DNA from: Bacteroides phage crAss001
DNA length: 40,000 nucleotides
Sequence record: MH675552.1
Strand: one strand, 5' to 3'
This document shows, in pieces, positions 14,369 to 25,092 of the stretch. Within the stretch, counting starts at the first letter, position 1. The number at the start of each line of letters is the position of its first letter. Under the pieces are notes generated by a model. The model had not been told where the DNA came from. It saw only the letters and a program-made list of their open reading frames with translations, and searched no databases. A program made the position numbers and the translations under genes.

Positions 14369-16867
14369 ATGTTTTTTACACAAGAAGATTATAGAAAAAT
14401 AGAGAAGTGGCTCCTTGCAAACAGTAGAAAGGATACTGATTTTGCTGGAGCTGCAACTCCTCTTAAAGGAAATGAAACTGTAGTTCTTGTACAGAATGGT
14501 AAGAATGTAAAGGCATCAGTGAAAGATGTAGTTGAGCAACTATTTCTTCTTGGTGTATCTGACTTTGTGAACATTACTGATAAGTATGGTGAGAGTTATA
14601 TTTCACTATCTCAAGCTATAGAATTAATTCCTTATAGGAGTAGAAAGATTGGTCAGGTAGTTACTTTCTTGGATGATACTGGAAAATGGGCTATGTTCCA
14701 ATTCCAAGGTACAAGGAAGAATCAGTGGGGTACTTTATCTCTTTGGGTTGATTTGATAGACCTTATGACAGGTCTTACTATCACAGATAGTGAAGATATT
14801 GTTACTGAGACTAATAGTGCAAATCAAGTAGCTCTTAAGTTTGCAGATAAAACTTATAATGAAGCTGACTACTCAGGTTTAGGCAGAGTATATCTTAGAA
14901 AGAATATTGTAAATGTTGAAGACCCTGTAACAGGTAATATAGTTAAGATGAATTACCTTACACAGTCAATGATTTCTAAAGAGAATACTATCTATATAGT
15001 GCAATATAGCTATAACTTGAATGGTCAAACTATCACTATCCCAAGTGGGTGTGTACTCAAGTTTGAAGGAGGGAGTATAAGTAATGGTTCTATAAAGGGC
15101 ACAGATACTAATATAATAGCTCCTCAAATTAGAATATTTAATACTATCTTATTATCTGGTACTTGGAAAGTTAGAGATATATTTGATGATTGGTTTGACT
15201 TTAATGCTACTACCAATTTTGATAATATCAATAATTTCTATAATATATCCATATTACAATCAGATGATTTGGAGAATAATGTAATTCTTAAAGGGAACTA
15301 TTATAGTTCTCTTAAAGATGGAATAGTTTTGTCCTTATCTTCTAATACCAATTTAGTACTTAATGGTAGTATTAGCTTGCTTCCTAATAACCTATCTTCA
15401 TATTCTATAATAAAAGGAGTTGATAAGGAAAATATTAAAATAAGTGGAGGGGGAAGATTAATTGGAGATTTGCAAAATCACTTAGGTGATACTGGAGAAT
15501 GGGGATTTGGTATTAGTTTCACAGGTTGTAAAACTGTATCAATAACTAATATTGATAGTTCTTATATGTGGGGAGATGGCTTATATATTGGGGCATCAGA
15601 TGATACAAAAGAGGAGACACTATCTCAAAACATACAAGTAAATAATTGTAAATTTGAATATAATAGAAGACAAGGTATATCTATTACAGGAGCTGTTGAT
15701 GTATTTGTTAACAATTGTTATTTCTTTAATACTGGTAAAATAAATGGAACAAGTCCAAAAGCTGGATTAGATATAGAACCAAGTGGATTATATAATAGTA
15801 ATGTTACAATAAGTAATTGTATAGCAGATTCAAATGTATCTACTGGATTTTTGGTTTATGGGGATAATAGAAATATTGTAATTGATAATTGTGCATCTAA
15901 AAACCAATTAATATCTATAACTATAGCCCAAAGAAGTGCAACAACTGACAATGATGATGTATTTATAAGGCATGGAAATATAGGAGGTTCTCTACAAATC
16001 ACAAGAGGTAATATAAGGGTAGAGGACTGTGAAGTAGATTCAGTTTATTTTACTGCTGATACATCAGGGATAGGAGCAAATGTAACTATTAGTAATTCAG
16101 TGATAGGAGCAAAAAGATGGGAAGGAAGTACATATTTCAATTCAGTTTTTTTAATTGATTCTAATAGCCAAATTAACAACTTATATATATTTGATTCCAA
16201 AATAGATTACGACCCATCAATTCTTACTCAAGGATTGTTCAATATAGGTGGGAATTCTATAAGAGATAATATCCTATTTGAAAATTGTGATATTTCACAG
16301 AAAAATACAGTAAATTCTCTAAATACAAAAGTAGGCTCTTATAGAAATTGTAGATTCTATAATATGACAAGAATATATTTGGCTAATGAACCAAATAAAA
16401 CAGTTGAGTTTACAGATAATTACTGTGCCATGACAAGAGAAAGTTCAAGTACCAACATATTTAGTTTTCTAAATTCAAGTAGTACTCAAGATGTTATACT
16501 CTTTGTTGTAAGAAATAACACCTTTAGTACTAAGGGGTCTATAAATGTTGGAAGTATAGGACTTATAGATGTTACTGGAGTTAATCTTGGTAATAAAATG
16601 ATATTTGAGAATAATCATTTCTTAACTCAATATCCTCTTACACAAGAGCAGATAATAAAAGCCCTAAGCAATAGGATAACAGTTGATACCAATTATAATT
16701 TTACCTCCAGATTTCCTTATAGAGCTACTTTAGAATCTTTACCTGCTTATAATACTTTTGATGCAGGGGCTTTAATATATGGGGATGATAATTTGTTATA
16801 CTTTTGGAATGGTACAAATTTAACTAATTCAGAAGGTACAGATGCCAGAAAGGTAGTAATAGTCTAA
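14369..16867 (+). CDS. Tail spike/fibre with right-handed beta-helix
   Basis: Repeats such as ISNCIADSNVSTGFLVYGDNRNIVIDNCASKN, INNLYIFDSKI, NILFENCDIS; N-terminal virion-attachment-like segment. Confidence 0.85.
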   Translation: MFFTQEDYRKIEKWLLANSRKDTDFAGAATPLKGNETVVLVQNGKNVKASVKDVVEQLFLLGVSDFVNITDKYGESYISLSQAIELIPYRSRKIGQVVTFLDDTGKWAMFQFQGTRKNQWGTLSLWVDLIDLMTGLTITDSEDIVTETNSANQVALKFADKTYNEADYSGLGRVYLRKNIVNVEDPVTGNIVKMNYLTQSMISKENTIYIVQYSYNLNGQTITIPSGCVLKFEGGSISNGSIKGTDTNIIAPQIRIFNTILLSGTWKVRDIFDDWFDFNATTNFDNINNFYNISILQSDDLENNVILKGNYYSSLKDGIVLSLSSNTNLVLNGSISLLPNNLSSYSIIKGVDKENIKISGGGRLIGDLQNHLGDTGEWGFGISFTGCKTVSITNIDSSYMWGDGLYIGASDDTKEETLSQNIQVNNCKFEYNRRQGISITGAVDVFVNNCYFFNTGKINGTSPKAGLDIEPSGLYNSNVTISNCIADSNVSTGFLVYGDNRNIVIDNCASKNQLISITIAQRSATTDNDDVFIRHGNIGGSLQITRGNIRVEDCEVDSVYFTADTSGIGANVTISNSVIGAKRWEGSTYFNSVFLIDSNSQINNLYIFDSKIDYDPSILTQGLFNIGGNSIRDNILFENCDISQKNTVNSLNTKVGSYRNCRFYNMTRIYLANEPNKTVEFTDNYCAMTRESSSTNIFSFLNSSSTQDVILFVVRNNTFSTKGSINVGSIGLIDVTGVNLGNKMIFENNHFLTQYPLTQEQIIKALSNRITVDTNYNFTSRFPYRATLESLPAYNTFDAGALIYGDDNLLYFWNGTNLTNSEGTDARKVVIV

Positions 16868-16873
16868 CTAAAT

Positions 16874-16909
16874 AAAGTAGTACTTGATACATAAATCAAG
16901 TACTACTTT
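16874..16909 (+). terminator. Strong terminator hairpin
   Basis: Perfect 15-bp stem AAAGTAGTACTTGAT-ACATAA-ATCAAGTACTACTTT. Confidence 0.85.
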
Positions 16910-16912
16910 TAC

Positions 16913-16943
16913 TTGCATATATAAGAACTTTTACTTATATTTG
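16913..16943 (+). promoter_or_regulatory. Promoter CTTG-N20-TATATTTG
   Basis: TTG 16913-16915, 20-nt spacer, TATATTTG 16936-16943. Confidence 0.8.
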
Positions 16944-16965
16944 CAAACAATAAAAGAATAAATAT

Positions 16966-19035
16966 ATGGCAATACAAGATAAATTTAATAAGCCTAATGT
17001 TATCTATAAGATAACTAAGGATATAGACCTTGATGGGGGTACTCTTACTATTCCAGCAGGGTGTACTTTGGACTTTCAGGGAGGTAGTTTCTCTAATGGA
17101 ACTATAATAGGGAATGCTACTAAGATTAGGACTGGCTTAAGGCAAATATTTGCAACAACTATTACATTAAATGGTAGTTGGGATATAAGAGCATTATATC
17201 CTCAATATTTTGGGGCAATAGTAAATTCTGACATTATTTCAAATGGGTATGACAGTACTAATGCAATTCAAGCAGCTATTACTAATGGAGAAAATCTCAA
17301 CAAGCCTGTATATTTCACCCCTGGATATTATGCTATCTCAAGAACTCTACAAGTAGGTTCAGGCAAATATACAGCTTTAATAGGAACAAAGTCAACTATT
17401 AAAGCCTATATTTATGCTCTTAATACAATGGATTATTTGATAACCTCATCAGGTAGTAGTTATGCAAGATTAGAAATGCACAACTTGCACCTATGGGGGG
17501 ATAATAAAGTAGCAAGTGTTCCTGATTATCAGAACTTTGATAGTCTTGTGAAATACGGCATATATTTCCCTAATGGTTATATCTACACTGATATATCAAA
17601 TATATCCTTTGATTTTTTCTCAAGATGGGCTATTTATGTAAATGAGATATATGATGTACATTTTAAACAATTGTACATTAGATATTGTCATAATGGTATA
17701 TATTTAACTGGGAACACTAATGGGGTTTCAATTACTGAATGTGAATTTAATAGTGTACAGTATGTGGGGGTAGCATTCAACCCAAGCCATATGGTAACAG
17801 TACAGAGAAACATATTTGAGAGAATTGGCATGGCTGCAATATATGTGGGTGTAGGTGACAACTTTGATATATCTGACAATTATTTTGAAGCAGTATCAGA
17901 GGTGGGATTTATTCCTAAATATAGTGATGGTACAACTGTAATGCCCAAAAAATTACATGCTGATATAATAATTAATGGTGCTTCTACTTCAAGAATAATA
18001 GATTGGGGTACTCCAGATGAAGTTCCCAATGCTACTATGTTCACAAGAGCATGGTCTGTAGGAGGAACTATTCATAATAATAGTTTCCAAAAGTCAGTAT
18101 TTGATGGTGACTTTGATTGTTTAATCTTTGCATCATCTCTTAAATACTCAAGAATTACAGATAATGTATTATGGAACTATATAGATACTACTGGAATATA
18201 TCTTTTAGGTACTTCTAATAATACTTCTACTGTTTGGATTAATGATGTAGAACTTACTTCTAATTATGTATCTGCAACAAGATTAATAGATAAAATAGGC
18301 TTAATAGAGGGAGTCCAAACAACAGGTACATTCTCCTATACTTATAACATCTATAGTAATGATGTTATAGAGAATAGGTTAAGAGGTAATTTAGCAAATA
18401 AATTATTTATCTATGGATATGACAATTTAGTAGTTCAAAAGACAACTGAAAAGTATCAGGGCTTAGTAGTTTATACTGCCCCAGCAGATGGAGTTGTATT
18501 CTTAAGGGAAACAGCAGGAGGAACTTATACTTCATTCTTTGAAGGAATAGACAAATCCAAACTATTATTTGAAGTTACTTATTCAAGTAAAACTACTACA
18601 GGAGATTGGACTACCACAAGATTCTTATCTACGAGCATTGATTATAATTTTACAGTTAAATCTGGGGACAAATTTACTATCCCACAAATAAGGCTATGTG
18701 GAGGAAATATCTTAGATAAATTTGAGGATACTACTATAACTTGGAGAGATACTTACAGTTCTTATATTAGGAGAGTAGGATTTCCTGTAGGAGATAAGAT
18801 TGAAATGCTTAATAATACTTTAGTTGATGCCTATATATCTACAGGTACTGGAAGTAGTACTGAGTTAAGTAATTGGCTTCCCAGTAAGAGTGGGATAACT
18901 TATGGGACAACTATTGATAGACCTACATTAACATCTACTAATAATGGGTGGTTATATAGAGATGATACCCTCAAAAAGATTATTATGTGGAATGGAACAG
19001 CTTGGGTTAATATGGATGGAACACCTTTAGCTTAA
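16966..19035 (+). CDS. Second beta-helix tail spike
   Basis: LTIPAGCTLDFQGGSFSNGTIIGNATKIRT... parallels LTIPSGCVLKFEGG-type segment in the 14369 ORF; C-terminal GWLYRDDTLKKIIMWNGTAWVNMDGTP. Confidence 0.83.
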   Translation: MAIQDKFNKPNVIYKITKDIDLDGGTLTIPAGCTLDFQGGSFSNGTIIGNATKIRTGLRQIFATTITLNGSWDIRALYPQYFGAIVNSDIISNGYDSTNAIQAAITNGENLNKPVYFTPGYYAISRTLQVGSGKYTALIGTKSTIKAYIYALNTMDYLITSSGSSYARLEMHNLHLWGDNKVASVPDYQNFDSLVKYGIYFPNGYIYTDISNISFDFFSRWAIYVNEIYDVHFKQLYIRYCHNGIYLTGNTNGVSITECEFNSVQYVGVAFNPSHMVTVQRNIFERIGMAAIYVGVGDNFDISDNYFEAVSEVGFIPKYSDGTTVMPKKLHADIIINGASTSRIIDWGTPDEVPNATMFTRAWSVGGTIHNNSFQKSVFDGDFDCLIFASSLKYSRITDNVLWNYIDTTGIYLLGTSNNTSTVWINDVELTSNYVSATRLIDKIGLIEGVQTTGTFSYTYNIYSNDVIENRLRGNLANKLFIYGYDNLVVQKTTEKYQGLVVYTAPADGVVFLRETAGGTYTSFFEGIDKSKLLFEVTYSSKTTTGDWTTTRFLSTSIDYNFTVKSGDKFTIPQIRLCGGNILDKFEDTTITWRDTYSSYIRRVGFPVGDKIEMLNNTLVDAYISTGTGSSTELSNWLPSKSGITYGTTIDRPTLTSTNNGWLYRDDTLKKIIMWNGTAWVNMDGTPLA

Positions 19036-19047
19036 TATTTTAAATAT

Positions 19048-20070
19048 ATGAAAGATATACAACAACTAATTAAGAAGAATAGTCAAGAGGGAAGATATGA
19101 AGACATCTTCCCTAAGACTTTTCTTGATGCAGTAATTGACAAGGAGAGTGGGACTACTCTAACAGACATTCTTTCCAGCTTTAATATGTACTTCCTTTCA
19201 TACACAGGAAGTAGGGAAACTACAAGACTTGAAGTTCCTATGTCACTTAGGAAACAAGGATTGTGGATAACCTATGTACTATATGATGGAAATACTATTA
19301 CAGAATGGTATGGGATTAATGCTGTGGATGATGCTTCTTGGCAGGATGGTAATAACTGGAGATTAGGTTCAAATATGTTAGTAGGTGATATTAGTATCTC
19401 TGCTGGTGGTAATTGGATTATTAATGGAGTTGATACTGGAATTCCTGCAAGAGGAGAGAAAGGAGATAAGTTACTTGTAAGAGTAAGTGAAGATAATACT
19501 AAGATAGAGTACTCTTATAACAATGTATTATGGGAGGAACTCTTTCCACTTAGTCTTATTACTCCTACTTTTAATATAGCTCCTACAGTACCTTTAGAAC
19601 CCGGAATTAACCCAACTGTAAATAATATAGGTAATCCATTTAATGTTAATCTACAGTTTGGTTTACCTAAATCTAATACTATAAATGTAGGTTCTGTATC
19701 TACACTTCCTGCTGGTTCTACAGTTAAAGTAGTAAATTCTGGCACTCAATACCAAGTAGTACTTGATTTCTCCATACCTATGGGTAATACTGGTGCTAAA
19801 GGTGAAAAAGGAGATGGATGGGAATTAAAAGGCTTTGTAGATGCTGCAAGCAATCTTCCTTCAAGTGGTAATACATTAGGAGATTTATACTTAGTAGGAA
19901 CAGCAACTCCTTATCAAGCTTATGTGTGGAGAGGTTCTCCTTACAATTGGGTTAATATTGGTACAGCTTTAGAAATCAAGGCATCTATATTTGATGGTGG
20001 TAGAGCTGATACTAAGTATGGAGGAGCAAGAACTATTAATTGTGGTGGTGCAGATGCTTTTTTAACATAA
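19048..20070 (+). CDS. Tail fibre-like protein with short collagen-like GxKGEKG segments
   Basis: IPARGEKGDK...GNTGAKGEKGDG; ends YGGARTINCGGADAFLT. Confidence 0.75.
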   Translation: MKDIQQLIKKNSQEGRYEDIFPKTFLDAVIDKESGTTLTDILSSFNMYFLSYTGSRETTRLEVPMSLRKQGLWITYVLYDGNTITEWYGINAVDDASWQDGNNWRLGSNMLVGDISISAGGNWIINGVDTGIPARGEKGDKLLVRVSEDNTKIEYSYNNVLWEELFPLSLITPTFNIAPTVPLEPGINPTVNNIGNPFNVNLQFGLPKSNTINVGSVSTLPAGSTVKVVNSGTQYQVVLDFSIPMGNTGAKGEKGDGWELKGFVDAASNLPSSGNTLGDLYLVGTATPYQAYVWRGSPYNWVNIGTALEIKASIFDGGRADTKYGGARTINCGGADAFLT

Positions 20071-20094
20071 TTTTTTTTTTTTTTATTTTTAGAT

Positions 20095-22443
20095 ATGGAT
20101 AGAATACAATTAAGAAGAGACACATCAACAAGATGGAAAGAATTAAACCCTGTATTACTTGAGGGAGAACCAGCTTTTGAAACTGATACAAGACTAAGAA
20201 AGATTGGGGATGGTGTTAATCCTTATAATGACTTAGACTATTTAGCAGCAGAGAATGTTGTTCAAGGTTTAGGAGATAGTACTACAGGAGCTATATCACA
20301 AAATACTATAGCTAAATTAGCTAAGAAACAATTAGTTTTATTTGAAGGATTTGTGAATATTCCTACTTCCTCAGTTATAAATGAAAGATATGAAGGTCTT
20401 GATGGAACTGTTGTTTACAATAATACTTCCAGACACTTTGTTTACTCAGTAAATGGTAGCTACTATAGTAGTTGGAGTGATTGTGAACTATATGGTACTC
20501 CTTACTCTTATGGTAGAGTACCCTATATTAATAAACTTTATAGTTATTCAGGTAGAACATACCATGTTACAGGTTTTGGTTTTGCAATTATAGAAGACCC
20601 TGTAGTTATTCCTGTTGCAGATGAACTTAAGACATCTGATTATTTATATAATATATTTTATAATCCAACAACAGGTATTGAAACTTTTGAACCTTCAAGA
20701 TTAACTACAGATTTTATAGCAGTTGATGAAGGTTTTATATTTGATTACACTTTAACAGGGTATAGTTCAAATATTGCAGTTGCAGCATTTGATGCTAATA
20801 AGAATATCCTAATAGATAAGAGTGTTATAGTAAATGTCCCATCAGCATCAGCTCCTAATACAGGAAGGTATATAGTAGATAGTACTGTTAGGTTTATTAG
20901 AGTTACAAGATTGAATAATGCTAATGGATTAGTTCAAACCTTTATTCATAATAAAGCAGATTACTCTTCTTTGGCAAAAGAATCATTCAATGGTATTAAA
21001 ACACTTATGAATGCTGACTTCACTGTAGAAGGTGTATATATTAATCCAAGTACAGGGTTGGAATCTCCTAATCCAACTTATTCAGCTACTCCTTTTATAT
21101 CTATAGTACCTAAAGAAACTATATACTATAGTGGGCTTAATGGTACAAATGGTGCAGCTATTATAGGAATATATGATAAGAATAAGACACCAATTAATCT
21201 AATTAGAGGAGAAAGTACTTATGAAGGAAGGGTTTATGTAGCTCCAGAAGGAGCAGCTTATATTAGATTTAGTTATTTAGTAACCGATAATCCTGTGGTT
21301 ATTAAACTTATAAGTGAAACTTCTAAGGCTAATATGACTACTAAAAACAAGAATAATCTTATTATTAATGGATTTGATGAGTTTGTAGTTAGTGGAACAT
21401 GGTCAAGGAATGGTAAGAACCTTAAAGTAACTGGAGGTGGATTTACTGCTGCAAGATTGTTCTCAGAAACATTTGAGGATGAATTTGTTATGAGTTGTAA
21501 GCTAAGAACAAATAGTGCAGGCTATTTTGAATGTGGTATTGGTAAAGGTTCTAATGCAGGTAATTATGTAGGTGTTTGGGTTACTATATGTAGTAATGCA
21601 AGTGGTTCATTCTTGAAGCTATATTATAATATAAATGGTTCTTATGTAGAACAGACTAATTTAAGACAAACTATTGCAAAGGGTTTACAAGGTAGCAACT
21701 GGTATGTACTACAACTAAGTAAAACTACTGATGCAGCTTCTACATTATCAGCTAAGGTTTATGATAATACAACTGGTGAACTGTTAGCAAGTTTATCTAC
21801 TTCTCCTAATGCTACTTATGCTTGGGGTTATCCAACTTGTGTTAATATTAATAATACAAATGAATTCTCAGGATTCACTATGTATTATCCTAAGAATGTT
21901 TATCCATCAGTAGCAGTATATGGAGATAGCTTTGTTGAAGGAGATACAGTAAGAACTACTAAGAATGTAAGATGGAGTGCTCTACTACAAGCTCAACTTG
22001 GAAAGAAAAACTGTTTATTGTATGGTCATGGAGGTGCTTCTTCTAAGAGTGATACTACAAGAATACTGTTTCAGATAAATAGAATAAGCAGTCAGTATGC
22101 TATAATAGCACTTGGTCAGAATGATGCTTCCTTTGAAGCATGGTATCAATATATAGATTATATGCTTAATCTATGTAAGATGTGTGATACTGTGCCAATA
22201 CTTGTAACAACTTGTCCTCAAGTTAATCAGAGTGAAAGTTATATTACAAAAATGACTTCAATCAACACATGGATTAGAAATTCAGGGTATAATTATATTG
22301 ATGCAAACATGGCTGTAGCAATAAATGGGGTAACATGGAAAGATGGGTATGTATTATCTGATGGTATTCATCCTTCTGCATTAGGACATCAAGCTATCTA
22401 TGATAGAATAGCTTTTGATTGTCCATTCTTGTTTAACAATTAA
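20095..22443 (+). CDS. Fibre protein with SGNH/GDSL hydrolase C-terminal domain
   Basis: N-term MDRIQLRRDTSTRWKELNPVLLEGEPAFETD...KIGDG; C-term block I VYGDSF, ALGQND, and DGIHP. Confidence 0.88.
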   Translation: MDRIQLRRDTSTRWKELNPVLLEGEPAFETDTRLRKIGDGVNPYNDLDYLAAENVVQGLGDSTTGAISQNTIAKLAKKQLVLFEGFVNIPTSSVINERYEGLDGTVVYNNTSRHFVYSVNGSYYSSWSDCELYGTPYSYGRVPYINKLYSYSGRTYHVTGFGFAIIEDPVVIPVADELKTSDYLYNIFYNPTTGIETFEPSRLTTDFIAVDEGFIFDYTLTGYSSNIAVAAFDANKNILIDKSVIVNVPSASAPNTGRYIVDSTVRFIRVTRLNNANGLVQTFIHNKADYSSLAKESFNGIKTLMNADFTVEGVYINPSTGLESPNPTYSATPFISIVPKETIYYSGLNGTNGAAIIGIYDKNKTPINLIRGESTYEGRVYVAPEGAAYIRFSYLVTDNPVVIKLISETSKANMTTKNKNNLIINGFDEFVVSGTWSRNGKNLKVTGGGFTAARLFSETFEDEFVMSCKLRTNSAGYFECGIGKGSNAGNYVGVWVTICSNASGSFLKLYYNINGSYVEQTNLRQTIAKGLQGSNWYVLQLSKTTDAASTLSAKVYDNTTGELLASLSTSPNATYAWGYPTCVNINNTNEFSGFTMYYPKNVYPSVAVYGDSFVEGDTVRTTKNVRWSALLQAQLGKKNCLLYGHGGASSKSDTTRILFQINRISSQYAIIALGQNDASFEAWYQYIDYMLNLCKMCDTVPILVTTCPQVNQSESYITKMTSINTWIRNSGYNYIDANMAVAINGVTWKDGYVLSDGIHPSALGHQAIYDRIAFDCPFLFNN

Positions 22444-22455
22444 TAGAATAAATAT

Positions 22456-25008
22456 ATGGCAGATAGAGTAATACAAAGAAATGACACTGCTGCAAGGTGG
22501 CAGTCAATTAACCCAGTTCTTGCACAAGGAGAACTGGGTATAGTCTCTGATGGGGCTAAAGGATATAAGATAGGTGATGGTGTTACTGCATGGAATAGTC
22601 TTGAATATCCTGCAAATCCAGCAAGTGTAGTACAAGAATTAGGTAATAGTGAAACTGCTGTTATTAGTCAGAATGCTATTACTAATAATTTTGCAAATAC
22701 AAATTCCTTCTTAAAGAATTCTATATTTATTACAGAAATAGAAAGAACTAGATTAATTATTGATGGTAATTCTTCTAATATAGAATTAACATCTGGTTAT
22801 ATTAAAACTGATGGAAACCTTGGAGATATTGTTAATTTAACAGTTAATCAATCTTTAAATACAAGATATGCTATAATACCCTGTAAAGAAGGTGACTATT
22901 TTGTAATAAGTGGTAATGGAGGAGATTTATCAAGACTATTCTGTTTTATAGATTCTTCAAATAGAATTATATTAAATGCAGAGAGTAGATTAGTACTAAG
23001 TACTTATATTAAAGTTCCTTATAATACTTCTAAATTAATAGTTAACTTTGAACAAGCATCTGATTATATAAAAAAATTTAATATAAATAATGACTCAGTT
23101 AGAAAATACTGGGTACTAAATAATTCACTAAATATTTATACAAATACTTTTACTCCTTCTCCTTTATATATTCAGTATGATAATAACTATATACAATCTA
23201 TAAATCCTTTAGATACAACACCTATTACACCATCAAAAAATGGATTTTTAGTATTTAATAAAAAGGACTCTAAATATATATTTAGACTAAATAGTGTTGA
23301 TATTGATGTTATTAATGATATTATTGTATTTGTAGTAAGGAATAATATATTTTATAATGGAGACTCTTTATCCTATTGTCTTTCTTATCATGTACAGAAT
23401 TTAGTTAAATATAAGACAAGGAATACTTATATGCTCTATTCTCCCAATAATGATACTTCATATACAAATAATTCTGTTACTACATTAGGAGCGTGGTATT
23501 TGGATAATGGTACTATACATAATCATTTCATATTAGAAAATGGAATTGTTACTCCTAAAACTTTTGTATTTACTATTAATTCTTATTTAGTATATAATAA
23601 AGCAAATTATACAGCAAGGATTGTAGATAGTTATAAGGATATTGGAGATGATGATGTAATCTGGTTATATTACCAAGATGGCAAGTTCGTAGATGGGCTT
23701 TTCTATAGTTATTATATGGCTTCTAAAATGAATAGTACTTCTATAGAGAGTGAAAATAGTGTTGAAACTACTATTAAGAAAAGGGCTTACCAATTTGCTA
23801 CTATTCCTTGGGTAGCTTTAAAACCTATAGCAAGCACTTCCAGTTCTACTGGAATAGAAATAGGTAATCATGTAGGATTACCATATACTTCTTGTATGGA
23901 AGTTGATAAATTTGTAGGGTATGAAGTTTCTCTTAGAACATTTATGACTTGTGCTAATAACCCATATAGTTTACTATATACGGAAGATTTATCAAGAAAT
24001 ATATCTGGATATGGATTTACATATCATAATACAGGAAGAGGTACTATAGGAGGTTATATGGGAATTGTATGTAATATATTTGGTATGAATGCTATTTCTT
24101 ATAAAATCCCATATGATACAGGAAACTGGAAATTTTTAAGAAAGAAAGGATATTTTAAAGAGTTACAGTATCAAGAAGCTAAATACCTAAACATTGGGGA
24201 TATTATAGTTGAGCCAGGGCATTGTAATGTAATTACTAATATAGAAAAGAATGATTCAGGTTATTCTAAAATTATTTATTGGGGTGAATCAGTAATGGAT
24301 TTTCCTAAAATAAATAGATATTCTGAGGAACAAGCTAATAATAGAATAGCAGAAAGAGGTGGAATAATCTATAGAAGAGATAACTTATATAAAGATAGTT
24401 ATTATGAAAGGTCTCCTTTTGTAGCTGTAGAAGATGAAATATTGGATTCCTCTTATGTTTATAATGATGATATTTGTACATTTGCTGGAGACTATGCAGT
24501 ATTTAGAGAAAATCAAAAGATAGTTATAAATTATAATTTAAAGAATACTAATAGTGATTGGAATCAAATTGAACTATATAAAAATGATGAATTAATTGGA
24601 ACATATAGTTTAGTTGATTCTCATAATTATGATTTATCTTCATTAAATCTAAAATATGGTAATTATAAAGCTAGACTAAAATATAACTCTACTTTCTCTG
24701 ACTATACATATTTCCAAATATTGGATACAGAAGTTTCATATACTTTAAATGATAGTACAATTAAGATAGTCTTTAATTCTCATAATGGAGAACCTTTATT
24801 TATTAGATTATGTAAAGTGGATGGAGGTCCTATATGTATAGTAGAACTTACAGAAGATGATAAGAGGAAAGGTTTTATAGAATTTGATTATAATTATTAT
24901 GGCAATGGTCAAGGTTATTCTATAGTAAATGGGGGTACATATTTAAAGGTTTATTTTGAATCAGAATATGGAAGAGTTACTAATGAGCCTATACTTACTA
25001 CAATATAG
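22456..25008 (+). CDS. Fibre protein with a C-terminal Cys/His peptidase-like (NlpC/P60-like) domain
   Basis: N-term MADRVIQRNDTAARWQSINPVLAQGELGI...YKIGDG; C-term GYMGIVCNIFGMNAISYKI...YLNIGDIIVEPGHCNVITNIEK. Confidence 0.75.
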   Translation: MADRVIQRNDTAARWQSINPVLAQGELGIVSDGAKGYKIGDGVTAWNSLEYPANPASVVQELGNSETAVISQNAITNNFANTNSFLKNSIFITEIERTRLIIDGNSSNIELTSGYIKTDGNLGDIVNLTVNQSLNTRYAIIPCKEGDYFVISGNGGDLSRLFCFIDSSNRIILNAESRLVLSTYIKVPYNTSKLIVNFEQASDYIKKFNINNDSVRKYWVLNNSLNIYTNTFTPSPLYIQYDNNYIQSINPLDTTPITPSKNGFLVFNKKDSKYIFRLNSVDIDVINDIIVFVVRNNIFYNGDSLSYCLSYHVQNLVKYKTRNTYMLYSPNNDTSYTNNSVTTLGAWYLDNGTIHNHFILENGIVTPKTFVFTINSYLVYNKANYTARIVDSYKDIGDDDVIWLYYQDGKFVDGLFYSYYMASKMNSTSIESENSVETTIKKRAYQFATIPWVALKPIASTSSSTGIEIGNHVGLPYTSCMEVDKFVGYEVSLRTFMTCANNPYSLLYTEDLSRNISGYGFTYHNTGRGTIGGYMGIVCNIFGMNAISYKIPYDTGNWKFLRKKGYFKELQYQEAKYLNIGDIIVEPGHCNVITNIEKNDSGYSKIIYWGESVMDFPKINRYSEEQANNRIAERGGIIYRRDNLYKDSYYERSPFVAVEDEILDSSYVYNDDICTFAGDYAVFRENQKIVINYNLKNTNSDWNQIELYKNDELIGTYSLVDSHNYDLSSLNLKYGNYKARLKYNSTFSDYTYFQILDTEVSYTLNDSTIKIVFNSHNGEPLFIRLCKVDGGPICIVELTEDDKRKGFIEFDYNYYGNGQGYSIVNGGTYLKVYFESEYGRVTNEPILTTI

Positions 25009-25022
25009 TAAGTAATATAAAT

Positions 25023-25057
25023 AAATCACTTATGCTGTTGTATAGGTGATTTATTTT
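25023..25057 (+). terminator. Terminator-like hairpin overlapping a promoter
   Basis: AAATCACTT/AGGTGATTT (9 bp) followed by a T-rich stretch. Confidence 0.65.
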
Positions 25058-25068
25058 TAGTAGGTTTG
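25038..25068 (+). promoter_or_regulatory. Promoter GTTG-N20-TAGGTTTG
   Basis: TTG 25038-25040, 20-nt spacer, TAGGTTTG 25061-25068. Confidence 0.7.
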
Positions 25069-25092
25069 CATAAAAATATAAGGGAAGAAGAT

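Noticed and set aside
14369-25008. Diversity-generating retroelement acting on fibre genes
   Set aside because: The fibre N-termini recall variable receptor-binding proteins, but no reverse transcriptase and no template/variable repeat pair was seen in the window.
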